DNA of 64,000 nt from Cirrosporium novae-zelandiae (lineage: Eukaryota): positions 186,001 to 250,000 of the forward strand of contig JAPETS010000015.1 of NCBI GenBank assembly GCA_026023565.1, in the 5' to 3' direction. Of this stretch, positions 23,519 through 36,419 are shown piece by piece. Both the position numbers and the translations under genes were made by a program. The notes beneath the pieces were generated by a model. That model ran no database searches. It saw nothing but the letters and a program-made list of their open reading frames with translations, and was not told the DNA's origin. How positions within the stretch are numbered: the stretch's first letter is position 1; the number at the start of each line of letters is the position of its first letter.

Positions 23519-25337
23519 GGGATTTCAAGAAAAGGGGATGGTTTCTTCCTTACTGTTATGTCCGTCATAGCTTAGAAGCGACATGCGGACAATAAAATGA
23601 ATCATCATCACCATCTTCCGTACTGTAGCGTGAGCTTAGAATATAATTGTGATCAGAGTCTTGATGAGGCCGGCTTTTGTGAGACTGGTATAGGTATTAT
23701 TCAACTTGAAGGTTTCGGGTGAGACTTCGGTTGTGTTTTCAAGGTGGAAAGCGAGTCTACTTTGATACTGGCACCAACCTATTCATCCACACTGTATTCT
23801 TCTGGCACGACTTCACTTATGACAGCATCTATAATTGTAACTTCAGCGATGGTCATGACATCAAAAGGCCACAACAACAGCGGTTCGACTGCCACAACAA
23901 CGACAACGGTCACTCCAAGTTCATCATTGTGGTCTTCAGATTTGGCAATCAGCCACCTCAGAATCAAGTTGCGTGTTAATCTAGGTTTGATTTCTGTTGA
24001 GCTGGCGGTATCCGTTCTGTATCGGCCACGCCGTACGAGATGACAGGTCGACAATGAAGATAGAGCAAATGTGGGGGGGAACGGTCGCGGAATATACTCG
24101 CCAGCCCAGGTGGCATCTGCCTCCTGTTTAACTCAATGGCTATCAAGGGAAGGAAAGCAGCAGAGCAGAGGTCGTAGGGAGGACGGAGGAAACTAAAAAA
24201 AAACCGGGTGCAACGACAGAGTTACCAGGAGATGGAAACACACAACATGAACTTGAATGATAAGAGAGACAAAATGATACTCGAAGTGGGTGGTAACACT
24301 AACAGAATGAATCCTTGGTAATAGTAGACGACAATAATGAGATGTATATGTACTCGAGTGTCAAAAGATGTGGAATAATGAGGGGATATGCATCTCGGCG
24401 CAACTATCCCTTTCTCGCCCACCTTCAACATCTGAGAAATCTTCTTTGGGATCAACAAGGGCCATTCTCAGCAGGCTTCCGTACATCCTGAATGCCATCC
24501 CCTCTCGTATAACCAGATGTTGAACCTGGGATTTCTCAGATCCAATGTAAGTACGAAAGGATGTTTTGCGATCCACCCACCCCCTCTAGCATGTTCTAAT
24601 CCATCTATATATCAAGATGGTTTTATATGCAAGGCGGAGCAGAGATGGCGCAGGGTTAAAATTTCCAGAAGGTTGGTTTGACAGGATACCACACCAGATG
24701 CGATTATCCAAGAATACAGGCAGTGATTGAACGTTTCCTTATGCTATTCTATCTTTTTTTTTTTCAAATGCAGTAGAAGCTGTGGAATGAAAATGGCATA
24801 GCTCAGGACGATTGCAGGTTGAAGGGGGTGGTCGAGTACAGTAAGTTGTAAGAGGCATAATTGTAGAGATGACATGGGAGAATTGAGTTGATGAGAAGAG
24901 CTGAGAAGAATGAATGAAGAATGAATTGAAGTGGCTTGGGGGCTCGAGGCGCGCGTATTGGTTGGGTATTGCCAATACTGCCAGTATTGCGACACTCAAC
25001 AGTCTCTCCGGTAGGCGTAGTAGGGCGTAGTAGGGCTGAAAGCTGAAAATTGGTTGGTGCACTTTTGCTTTTCATCCCACTAAATTTCTGATTGGTTCAC
25101 CCAGGCAACTTACAACAATTCAAGGCGAACTTTCACTCTCAAGTTTGAACCTTCAAGGCATTTTAATTCAGAGAGTTATATTATGATAACCGCCTTATAA
25201 CTGACTCACAACTAACTCTCAGTTGTCCTTCTCCCAGAAAGGGAAAAGAAAGGGAAAAAAAGGTCAGGTACAAATAGAGCCATCTCTTTTCGTCCATCTC
25301 TCGAATTCCACTTTCAACAATCGCTCATCCAGCTTTT

Positions 25338-27331
25338 ATGCTGAACTACACTTTTCCAAGACTGCTATTATTTTGTTATTCCAAGCCCTTGAGAAAACCA
25401 TTATTCTCATTGGCAGCCTCCTACACCACCATGGCTTCATCCTCAGCAGCTCCATACATGCCCCAAGATTCCCAACAGGTTTCCGCCCTGGTTCGGAGCT
25501 TAGAAGAGCATTCAAAACGTGACAAAAAGACTCCTAAGAAAGATTTTAGCTGCAGAAAAGCAACCTTTGAGGTTCAGGGTTCCCCCAATGGTCTAGTAGT
25601 CGATTCATGGCGGTTCCAAGACTGGGACTACAAGCGACATGATCTTCCTACTTATGCTCGAGGACTGTTTACCTGTCAAACTCCTTCAGGCAAAACTGAA
25701 ATAGTCATCAGAGGGTACGACAAGTTCTTCAATGTGGATGAAGTCAATACCACAAGATGGAGAAATGTTGAGCAGAACACCAAAGGTCCGTATGAGTTGA
25801 GTGTCAAGGAGAACGGCTGCATCATCTTCATATCTGGACTTGAGGATGGTACTCTCCTGGTCTGTAGCAAACATTCAACAGGTCCAAGGGGGGATGCTGA
25901 TGCCAGCCATGCTGTCGTTGGTGAAGGATGGGTAGACAAACACCTTGCATCTGTCGGAAGAAATCGCAGTGACCTGGCTAGGAAGCTAAGAGACATGAAT
26001 GCCACAGCCGTGGCAGAACTATGTGACGACAGCTTCGAAGAACATGTCCTTGCTTACAATGAAAGCGCTGCCGGGCTCTACCTCCATGGGATCAATTTAA
26101 ACTTGCCTGAATTTGCAACCTACTCTGGGGCTGAGGTACATAAGTTTGCCGATGAGTGGGGTTTTAAGAAGGCCCAGTACGTAATGGAGGACGACCTTGA
26201 CTCTGTTAAAAGCTTCCTCGAGAAATGCGCGGAGACAGGGTCTTGGGATGGAAGAGATACCGAAGGCTTTGTGATCCGATGCCAAACCAACGAAAGTGAA
26301 ATGCAGGGCCATTATAGAGACTGGTTCTTCAAATACAAATTTGAAGAGCCCTATTTAATGTACCGACAATGGCGCGAATGTACTAAATCACTTATACATG
26401 GGAAGGCGCCTCGGTATAAGAAACACAAGAAAATTACCGAACAATACCTCCTGTATGCTCGCCGCCAACTCGCCAAAGACCCTAATATCGGAAAACAATA
26501 CAATCAAAATCATGGGATCATCGCCATGCGTGATGGCTTCTTGGCAGAAATGGGTGTCAAAGGATCGGACATTATCCAACAAGAATATGCGGAAGACCAG
26601 GCTAACCCTGACATCACTACGAAAAACATCATTCTGGTGCCAGTCGCTAGCATCGGCTGCGGCAAGACCACCATCGCGCTCAGCCTCGTTGAACTGTTTC
26701 ACTGGGGCCATGTTCAAAACGACAATATCAGTGGCAAGGATCGTCCTAGACAATTCTGCGCCCAAATCACCAATGCCATGGCTAGCCATCCAGTTGTCAT
26801 CGCCGATCGTAATAACCACCAGAAACGCGAGCGAAGTAGACTCATGGATGACGTACGGAGAATAGTACCGGATGTGAAATTCGTGGCGCTCCAGTATAAA
26901 CATGACCCAAAAGATGTGATGATTCCTAAGATCCAACAGGTCACTCGTGAGCGCATATTTTCTCGTGGGGATAACCACCAAACAATCCACGCAGCGTCCA
27001 AGGGGCCCCAAGAAATTATATCCATCATGGATGGATTCCTGAGGCGCTTCGAACCTGTGGACGTCTCCACTGAACCAGACGACGGGTTCGATGAGGTCAT
27101 CGACCTAGATGTAGTTGCTTCATCGCGCGAGAACCTTGAGACAGTAGTATCGAGATTATACGAGCTATATCCAGGTGTATTCGAAGGCAAAGATATGCCA
27201 TCAGCATACGACCTAGACGACGCATTTGCGGACTCTCTAAAAGAAGCTATCCGCTCCGACCAGCGTCACGACCTCTCAAAACTATATCAAAATCGACCCC
27301 AACGCCAACCGCAACAAAACCTCAACCCCAC

Positions 27332-27376
<45 letters not shown>

Positions 27377-27983
27377 GAAAAAACAAAAACCCCGCCCGGT
27401 CGAATACTTCAGCATCTCCATCCCCACCTCCACCATCCTCGAAACCCTCTCCACAGCCTTCGCCCCGCAAGCACCAAACGCCGCAACCGCATTCTACAAC
27501 CACCTCCGCTCAACTAACCGCATCCAAGAAAAATTCCACGTCACCCTCATCCACCGCGCAAGCACAAAGCAATACCCCGACCTCTGGAACCGCTACATGG
27601 ACCTCCACACCAAAGCCCTCCTGGACTCCAACCACCCCCACGACACCCCCGACCCCAACCCCAACGAAACCTCCATCCTCGGCCACGTCCGCATCCGTCT
27701 CGAACGCCTCCTCTGCGATTCGCGCATCATGTGCATCATCGTCCGCATCCTCCCCTCTCAAGACTCCTCCTCCGTCGCCCAAGAAGAACCCATTTGGGAA
27801 TCAGCAAACGCAACAACACACATCACGATCGGGACGCGGGATACGGATGTCAGGCCGAAGGAGAGTAACGATCTGTGTGCTAGGTGGCTGAGAGACGGGA
27901 CTGAGGGTGGAATCGCAGAGGTTGAGATTGGAGGCGTTAGGGTTGTGGAGGGCGTCGTTGGGGCTGTTTTGGCTAGGCGGTAA
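25338..27983 (+). CDS. TRL1: Trifunctional fungal tRNA ligase (ligase, kinase, cyclic phosphodiesterase)
   Basis: RGYDKFFN, KENGCIIF, SKHS, AELCDDSFEEH, EGFVIR, FFKYKF (ligase); IGCGKTT and DRNNH (kinase); FHVTL and HITIG (CPD). Intronless; alternative start at 25431. Confidence 0.97.
27333..27377 (+). repeat. (CAA)14CAG microsatellite encoding Q15 in TRL1
   Basis: Seen directly; lies in the kinase-CPD linker. Confidence 0.95.
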
Positions 27984-29039
27984 GATGGGTGGGAAAATGA
28001 CGATGGATTATTATACATTTGTGAATCGTAAATCGCTTGCTGTTTTTTTTTTTACTTTTTTTTTCATTTTCAATTTTCTTCTTACAATGCATATATGAAG
28101 GGTATCGGTCTGATACAAAGTATGGTAAAAAAGTGTATGTGGAAAGTGAAAGCGAAAGCAAATGTTTGTATTGTGATGATGAACAAAAAAAACACAGTAT
28201 ATTAAAGAAATTAGCCCTGGTATTTAGTACCCTCTCTCGTTCTCCTTTGGTTACTTACGTCTTCAGTTCCCAAGAGGCGGGAAAAAAAAGAAGTATGCAT
28301 ATATTATACCCTAGGAATATCCTTATACCCCTACCCATGCATATGTACGTACGTACATGAAATCAAATATTAAATATCAAATTTAACCATTTCATATCAC
28401 AACACAACAAAACAACAAAAAAAGAAAGAAAAAAGAAGAAAAAACACTTAACCCCTGTTTACCTACATAGTATACATACATACATAATACATACATATGT
28501 ACTATACATGCGCATACGAGCGCATACGAATCATCTCCATCTATTCCTTCCCATTTCCCACTTTAAAAAAATAGATAAAAATAGGCTAAAGTATGTTATG
28601 TAGGTTTGTATATCTAGATATACATGGGGAAAAGGTTCTTAATAAGAAAGGAAGTAAGCACGAAGAAGAAAATTCCTCCTCCCTCCTCCCTCCTCCCTCC
28701 TCCTCATCCTCATTCATATGAACGGGGCCGACGGGGTTTTGCAAAAACGTACCCCCCGTTGAATCAATCATAATTGCATTATCACATTTGTCGATAAGCC
28801 ATACATACGCATTTAAGCCCCCGACCCCGTCTTCACTTGTCTTGATATATCCCCTGTGCTATCATATCTTACAGTCGATTTCCCCCCTGTCATCTAAACA
28901 GCGCCCGAGCCCATTTCTATAGCAGTCGCAAATATCAATTTCGACCCTCAGGTCTTTATTTCCCTCTTAGCATTTCATCCTCATATTAACTCACCTATTC
29001 TCTCTCTTGCTCCTCTGCTCTGCTCTGCACACATGCAAC

Positions 29040-31925
29040 CTAGTCGTTCATCCAAGCAGTAGCTCGGTTTATGCCGAATCTTCCTGCGTATCTGAGACCT
29101 GTGGATCCCATAGGGAAGTAGCTGACGAGATACCAAATGAGTGCGACTATCTGGACGATGCTGGAGAAGAAGGTAAGGATAGTACTATGAAGCTGTGAGA
29201 AGACGTGGCAATTAGCATGTAGTATCTGTAAATATCGACACAGCGCTTGAAGGCTAGTTTGTAGAAGTGGGAGATGGGCGAAGGGTAGAATTTGCCTAGA
29301 TAGAGAGCAACAACAAGAAACACTATATTAAAAGGGGTAACACGGGGAAAGAAGGGTGATCATCGATTTCCTAGAATGAGAGACGAGATATGAAGAGGTA
29401 GGCAAGATGACTTCATACAGCCTGGCTGTAACAGCTAGCTTGCCATCTCTCTGGGTAGTAAAGGTTGAATTGTGGCGTCTGTCTGCACCTGACAAGATAT
29501 CTATTTGCAGCGAGCAACAATCAACCATTCCTCTTATCTGTTCTCATTGGCAAGGAGGATAGATCGTGACCTGCGGCCAGGCACCCTTCCCATCAAAACA
29601 AAAAAGCTAAGAGTATTTTGGTTTTTGCTGCAGGAAGAAAGTCTTAATAACAAATCTGCGATATGGTGATCGCCAACCAAACCTATGCTTGGGGAAATTA
29701 AAGTGGTGTGCAAAGGAGAAAAAAAGAAGCCATTGGATTAATAAGCTCCACCCTCCCCGCATCTCTCGGTGAGAGGAGTAGACGAAGCCAAGAAAAGGGG
29801 TAGGTGTACCCATTTTCTCGAGCCAAAAGTATATCCCACAGCAAGCAAACCCTGTCTCCGCTTCCTCGAGCGAAATAAAAACAGGCGATAACGAAACACA
29901 GAAAGGAAAATCCCAACTTACCCCAACAGCAAAATACAGTGTCAATCCAATGGAGCCGAAATATGCAGCGGTGAATGGAAGACGTGTTCCCGAAAGAAGG
30001 TGGGTCGCGTATTGAACAGGGCCCATGAGGACGGCCCAGGAGGCCAGGAAGAGTGCGGACCCAACAGACCATCTGATGGAATCACACAATTACGGTTAGT
30101 TAACATTCAGTCAAAAAAGCAAGATCAATCTGTGCCATGAACTTGGCGGGGTTCGAGAAGGATGGTGAAGACGAAGATGGATAGGCAGGGAAGAAATGAA
30201 CTGCAATTTTTGTTGGGAAAATAGGCGGTAAAGTTTTTGAAATATGAAACGATGATCCTAGGAAAGTAGAAGGGGGCATAGTAGCAGGATAGAAATGGAA
30301 ACCGTTGGGGTAAAGCTGCCAGATCTTTTGGAATGGCTGTGGGGAAGCCGGCCGTTTGACGTTGTGAGAGGACATATTCGGGTTGTTGAGACAATGGCAG
30401 CTGCAGGCATGGCGGCACGTAGTGACAGGGATTTAGAAAAATCTACTAGCATTCTGGAGATGCACCTCTCCTAACGCGTGATGCAGATGTCGCGACTTCG
30501 ACTTGTCAAGAGATAAAAGTTGGTAATAGGAAAAGGAGCAATGCGAGATATCATTTTCAATGGATGCGTGGTGTTGTGGAAGCAATACAGCAGCTGGTAT
30601 GGCGTCGGACCGTGGAGAAAGGCCACTGTCGGAGACTTGGGAAGACAAATTTTGGATGGCAAGGAAGAGGTGGACGGAATAAATGAAAATGGCATCCATG
30701 ATATGAGGAGCCTATCATTATGTAGATGCCGTTGTGCGAGGCGACATCGGAGCCCAGAACACAGTATTGGTATCAACGTCCGACGTTGTTCAAAATATTC
30801 CGAGTATGTGTTTGAAGATAGCGGGAAATACCAACAGATGATAACAAGGAAGAGTGTATAAGGTCCGGAGCTGCCACGGACAGGATTGCTGGGAGTGGGG
30901 GATGATGGTGGCTGGCTGGACGTTTGTTTGAGAAACTGCAAGTTTCCGTGACGGGAAGATCAGATCGACTAAAGTGACCCTTGATCCCTCGAGAGTTCCA
31001 ACGGCCGGGTTCAGTGCTCGACTCGCATGCATAATCGTGCATGACTTTGCAGGAAAAAGGAAATGGGGAGGACAAAGATGGAACATTGTTACTTCGGAGG
31101 AGGGGGACTTACAGAACGGCGAATTTACGTGGTTTCAGACTCAGGAAGGGAAATAGGGTAAAACAAATGACGAAGCAGGCGACAGCGGCGAGATTACAGC
31201 CGCCAAAGATGAGTAGTCGGTCCCATCGGCTCACTAGGATAAGGGCATCACGTCAGAATCGGGTCGGCACCGTGTGTGGCATTGCCAATTTTAGAAGTCA
31301 AAGGAAAACGACAAGTATGGCGGTCGAGAGCCGCATAAGAAAAGCAAAATCGAACGAGTCACAAAAGCGTAAAAGTATATTTGATGGCTTGCAAAAGGGC
31401 CACCTTGTTCTTTCTCTCAGCATCGTCATGATGGTGGAGTGGCGTTGAGTTCTCAAATGGTCTGGAGTGATTTGGAATAATTTGAAATGGTTCGAGGGCC
31501 ATGGTGGGTGCGAAGCCCTAACGCGCGTGATCACTCTCGCCACGCAGGAACTCGTGGCTTCATCACGGATCCATTTTAGGCCTCATGCGAGCAGTGCACC
31601 AGACAGGAAAAAAAACAAAAACAAAAAGTCACCAGTAGCAAATTTCCAATAGACTTTCCGAGTAACAAATATAGAAGATAAGTAGCACATCAGACTTACA
31701 AGCAAACCAGCCTTCCTCTTCCTCTCTTCTGCTGGGAGCTGGCAGAGGAGCACCAGGTGCTTCATGGGTGGGTAATTGAACATAGCCCGATCGCTGACCA
31801 AAAGGGTTTAATGATTGCAATCGACTCAGCAAAGGCCGTTCGGTCGAAGTATTCGCCGGCACATCCGGATCTCTTCGGGACCATCCCAGGGAGTTGATCG
31901 ACTCTCGAAACGAAGTCGAAGCCAT
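29040..31925 (-). CDS. SFT2: Golgi/vesicle transport tetraspan membrane protein Sft2
   Basis: Exons 31925-31700, 31233-31113, 30072-29922, 29192-29040 splice in frame to ..EEEEGWFALSRWDRLLIFG..LSLKPRKFAVLWSVGS..LSGTRLPFTAAYFGSIGLTLYFAVGLHSTILT..WYLVSYFPMGSTGL; all three donors are GTAAGT. Confidence 0.93.
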
Positions 31926-33774
31926 GGTGTGGATGCAAAAGGTGCTAGGGTAATGCAAATGAAGCTGACGATATTGATGTGCTAGAGCCTAGGAAGTTGT
32001 TAAACGGCTACGGCCCCGGCTCCGTGTAGCAAGGGTAGCGAGGTAGCTCGAGATAAGTCACGTCAGGTAGTTTCGCAACTGACGCTAAAGGCCAACCGTC
32101 AACAATCTTGATTTATGATTTATGGTGTCGACGACGAGGGCAGAACACAGTCAGAACACCACCACCCTCCTATTTTGGCGACTTGGCTTTCTCAATTTGT
32201 TCAACTTGAGCGAAGTAGCCAACCTTTTCAGAAGACGGGTAAGCCAAGCTCTCAGCAGGTGTATCCGGATATGGATATGGAGGCTTCCCAAACACGAGTA
32301 GCCACAGCTGTCTTCGCTTAACAAGGTTGGCAGCTATCAGAGCGATCAGGGTAAATCAGGGTAATGAAGATTTTGAATAAAGTCCAGGGTAATTAGGAGT
32401 TTAGTCTGCTCTAATTGGGACAGTGACCTTTATCAGAGTTCAAGGATAATGGATGGCTAGCCGCAACACACAGAGAAAGGTGCGACGATAGGTTCCAAGT
32501 TCCGACCTGTCGTTTCCACACACGCAGGCAGCGTCTGAGAAATGCCTCGAACCCAGTAACAAGTCTTGTCGAAGCACAACTAATGACCAGACAAGCAGCT
32601 TAAACAGCGCTCAGCCAGTCACTCAATCCAAGAAGCACGACAACCCTGAGAAGAACGGGTAGAAGATCGATCAGTGGTCACTGCAGCGGAACGGAAGCAC
32701 AGCCGAAGACAACGGGCACACAACAGCAACCGCAGCACCGGCAGATTTCTTGCAGGATCTGCAGTGGGGAAGACGTTGGTGGGGAGGGGGCACAGACTCG
32801 ATCCAAGGTGGCTTGTCGAGGCGGAGATGTTCGAGGGAGACAGTCAAAGGACAACCAGGCGAAAGATCAGAATGGCTTGAGGCTATGGATGACTAGAGAC
32901 AACCATACTATGATTACTGGTACTATAAAAGCATATACGAATTAGTAAAAAAATACGAAGGTTGGGCTCAAGGAACGAGATATTGGCCCGGGGTTAGCCA
33001 ATTGCCATGATTGGATAAGGGGAATGTGGATAGGGAAAATTGTTTAAAAGGAGAGTAGATAGGCCAAGCGGATAGAGGGGGGCGAAATAGAAGATGATGG
33101 CTGACTGGAGAATAAAAGAATAATAACCAAAAAAGGGCTTGTGATCGGCCGTGGGGGGTCGTCTGCCCTGTGGCTCTGTCGTCCTGGTTGCTGATCAAGC
33201 AAAGCCATCTTACCTAAGTTTACAATGAATTCTTGGGTGGGTATGGTGGGGTGTGGTAAGAGGTAAGAGCCAGCAAGGAGAGTTTAGACGGTTGTCAAAT
33301 TGATGATGATGGAGGGGTTCCTGATATGGCACCATGGATGGGATATAAAATCAAAGTTACGTACCTGTTTTTGATAATTATTTGGTTTTAAGCAAAGAGA
33401 GTTCACTAATAGGGTCTTTGAGGATCGAATAGATATTAGCTAGCCATCCAAAATAAAAATAAAAGCCACTTATGATGGTCAAGGGAAATGGATAGCGAAT
33501 TTGGTTCCAGGATGAATATTGCTTTCGAGGATAAGTATTTCGTGCTGGTGTGATAGTAAATGATTGGATGGAGAGATTATTATGGTGATGGGTAATGGGT
33601 GATGGTGATGGGTGTGTGTGTGATTGATTGATTTACTTACCTTGGTTGCCTTTCTTCAAAGTCTTTTGCGCCGCCTTGTAAAGTTTGTGTGACGTACGAA
33701 AGAAAGACCAAATAGGAAAAGTGAATGGTAACTTGGGGATTCCTGGATTAAAAATCTCGCGAGGTTACAGCTGC

Positions 33775-33995
33775 CTTGTGTGTGTGTGAGTAGTGTGGTA
33801 AGTGTGAGTGAGTAAGTGTATGTGTGTGTATGTGTGTGTATGTGTGTGTGTGTGTGTCTTGTTTCTGTCTTGTGTATGTCTGGTGTGCCTTGTGTGTCTT
33901 GTGTGTCTGGTGTGTCTGGTGTACTCGACACTTTCCTCTCTTAAAGTTGTAGAATCCGTTGTTATTGTGAATATTGTGAATCTTGTGAATCCAAT
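33775..33995. repeat. (TG)-rich microsatellite plus 9-bp tandem repeats (tgtgtctgg, ttgtgaatc)
   Basis: Seen directly. Confidence 0.9.
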
Positions 33996-36419
33996 AGGAG
34001 TAAAGCTCTTGAGCAAGTGTGCACTAAATTCGGACTAAATAGGTTTAAGCAAATTTATTCCTCCCCCAGTCCACTTCTCCCTCCCCCTCTTCTTCCTCTT
34101 CTTCCTCTTCTTCTATTTCTCTTTCGGTCTTAGCAAATCAAAATCGGTTAACCTTTCCCTTCTTCTCACGTTGGAATAAAAAAAACATCTTTCCTTTCAA
34201 CCATCTATCGTGTACATCATGTCCATGGTGCCCTCATGAGCACTATATTTCTAAACCCCACTAGAATTTTCCATGATTGATTGGTCTGGACAAAAGTCCC
34301 GAGAATTATCCAAGGTTTATATCCATCAGACTTTCAAGGAGAAATGCTTTCTTACTGGCTAATCAAGCCACTATCAAGAGAGGGCCTACACACACATTCC
34401 ATGGGAAATATTACATGGTAAGCAAGTAGTGGAATATCTAATAAATGATTAAATATCTAAATAAATAAAATAACATACGGGAAACTATTCTTGATTGATC
34501 CTTTACCTTTTCAAGCTCATGTAACCCATTTAGGGTTTTTGACCAAGATTGGGAAAATCAAGATGAAGAAGAAGAAATCAAAGTTATTTGATCCTATCTT
34601 ACCCAAGTAATTTATTGCCCATCCATGTACATGTAGGGAAATGGAAATATATGCACCAGTTTTTGTAACCTTGGGTCTTGGTGTGTGGCTCTCAATCGCT
34701 CCCAGTGGCTTCCAGCGGCTCCCCCAGCTGTGTCCTGTAGCCCCCCGGTGGTCCCCCCAAAGACCTGTTCGTGCCTTCCAAGCTTTGACCAAGCCCCTCG
34801 AGATATCCTTGTACTGTACATATGTAGATTTTGTTCACAGCCATGTAACTACTTAGGTATCTTACCTTGTCCCCTGTCCTTGTTCTTCCTGTAACTTTGT
34901 AACTCTGTAACCTTCAACTTATCCGTTCCCTATCCACTCAAATCAACTCAACTCGACGCTAGATTCTTATCCGTCCGACATCAATTCTACTCCTAAGGCA
35001 GATCATGAAAAGCTTGCTTCAACCATGGTGCATGACCTCAAAATCTTCTATTTGGGCTTCATTCTGAAATCAATATCCACAAATACCAGCCTGAGTCAAT
35101 ACACCAGCTGAGCCACCCCTGGATAAGTTTGAAACCGAAAAAAAAAGAATCCAAAAGGATGCGATCTCTATGTCATTATTCTTCTTTCCCATCATTGCCA
35201 AAACGGGGTTGCGAACACTTTGGATACTTTGGATACTTTGTCCCGAACAGGGACTGGAAAGTTGGAAGGGAACGCCTATGTTTCAAGGCTCGGGTCGAGG
35301 CTTCACACGAGAGTTAGAAAGTATTCGTAAAAGAATCAGCCTTTGAACCTTTGAAGCAGCCTTTAAGCCAGCGTTCTTCGTCCAAGCTCAACAACGGAGT
35401 ATGGGTCACTTATAGCCTTGTTATTAATTATTCATAGGCCACATATAGGTTGCAGCACCCGCCACATGCCTTAATTGCACGTACAACGATTATTCCGACA
35501 TGTCTGTTTGGTTGTAGTCCAGGTAGAGGGAGTAGGCAGGAGTAATAGTAATCATAAAAGCAGTAATTGTGGTTGCAATTGTAGTTGTAGCGGTAATGGT
35601 AACAGTGGGTGAGAGAAAGGTGTCTATGGCCATTCATCAAACAGCCATCAAACAGCCATTTACTAGCCATTAACCAGCCATTAGCCATTACTTGGACAGT
35701 CTTTCCTCCATTTCTCCATTAACACTCTACATCTATACATAAATCCCGAGCCGAAGGAGATATTTGAATTAAGGTGTGTGATGAATCCTCTGTATTGCAT
35801 TTCGGAAATGTGTTTTGCATCTATCCTACTGGTGCCACTACCACCGTCATTGCCACTGACTGCTGCACCCCAGGAAAACCCAGATATTTCCAACATTTCT
35901 CGTCCTTCTTCCCTCCCCCCCCCCCCCACCCCTTGGTTCCAATTAGATAGCTAGGTAGCGAAGCTGGTAGTTAAAATATTATTCTAGTCAATCATCTAAA
36001 CTCCGAGTGACCCGAATGTCTGGGATGAGGCTTCTGTCCAAAAAGTTGAATAATTCCGGTTTTGATAATCTTCATCATCCATCGTTCCCATTCCCTATTC
36101 CCAAAAAGAAAAGGGACTGCTCCGATGCCCTGTTTATTCATCTCTAAGACATGAATGAGTCATTTGGTCTTCTTTCCGCTAACAGTCGTTGCAACCTTTT
36201 CGAGATGGTTGTCGCGTTCATGATGGCGATGATCATAGATCTATAGACAGTAGTCACACCTGTAGCTTTTAGTTCCCTTTACCCCCCTGCATGAGACCCC
36301 CCAGTTCAACGTCCAATAACTCTCTGTAGAAATAAGCTAACTGCCAGTCAGAAAGGCAACTGACCAGGCCAAATTCCATAAATCAAACACTTTCTCTCTC
36401 GCAAAGGGAAAGCTCCCGT

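Noticed and set aside
23650..24054. Ser/Thr-rich ORFs on both strands next to the MITE
   Set aside because: Short, no ATG in good context on the + strand, interrupted by stops and no recognisable domain; at most a relic.
30120..30200. Intron-2 stretch encoding FSNPAKFMA as a mutually exclusive copy of SFT2 exon 2
   Set aside because: Resemblance is limited to PxKF, and there are no convincing flanking splice sites.
31380..31430. GCTGAGA in SFT2 intron 1 as part of a TPP riboswitch
   Set aside because: The downstream conserved CTGAT/GATAA/GCG elements are absent and the host gene is unrelated to thiamine.
31417..31566. Box C (GTGATGA) and box D (CTGA) on the sense strand of SFT2 intron 1 as a C/D snoRNA
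   Set aside because: No terminal stem and no rRNA-complementary guide that I could recognise; not supportable without a search.
33630..33650. ACTTACCT resembling the U1 snRNA 5' end
   Set aside because: No U1 stem-loops or Sm site follow; better read as a minus-strand splice donor.
32000..36400. Telomerase RNA, RNase P/MRP RNA or tRNA genes in the long intergenic region
   Set aside because: No TAACCCTAA template, no paired P4 motifs and no cloverleaf found by eye.
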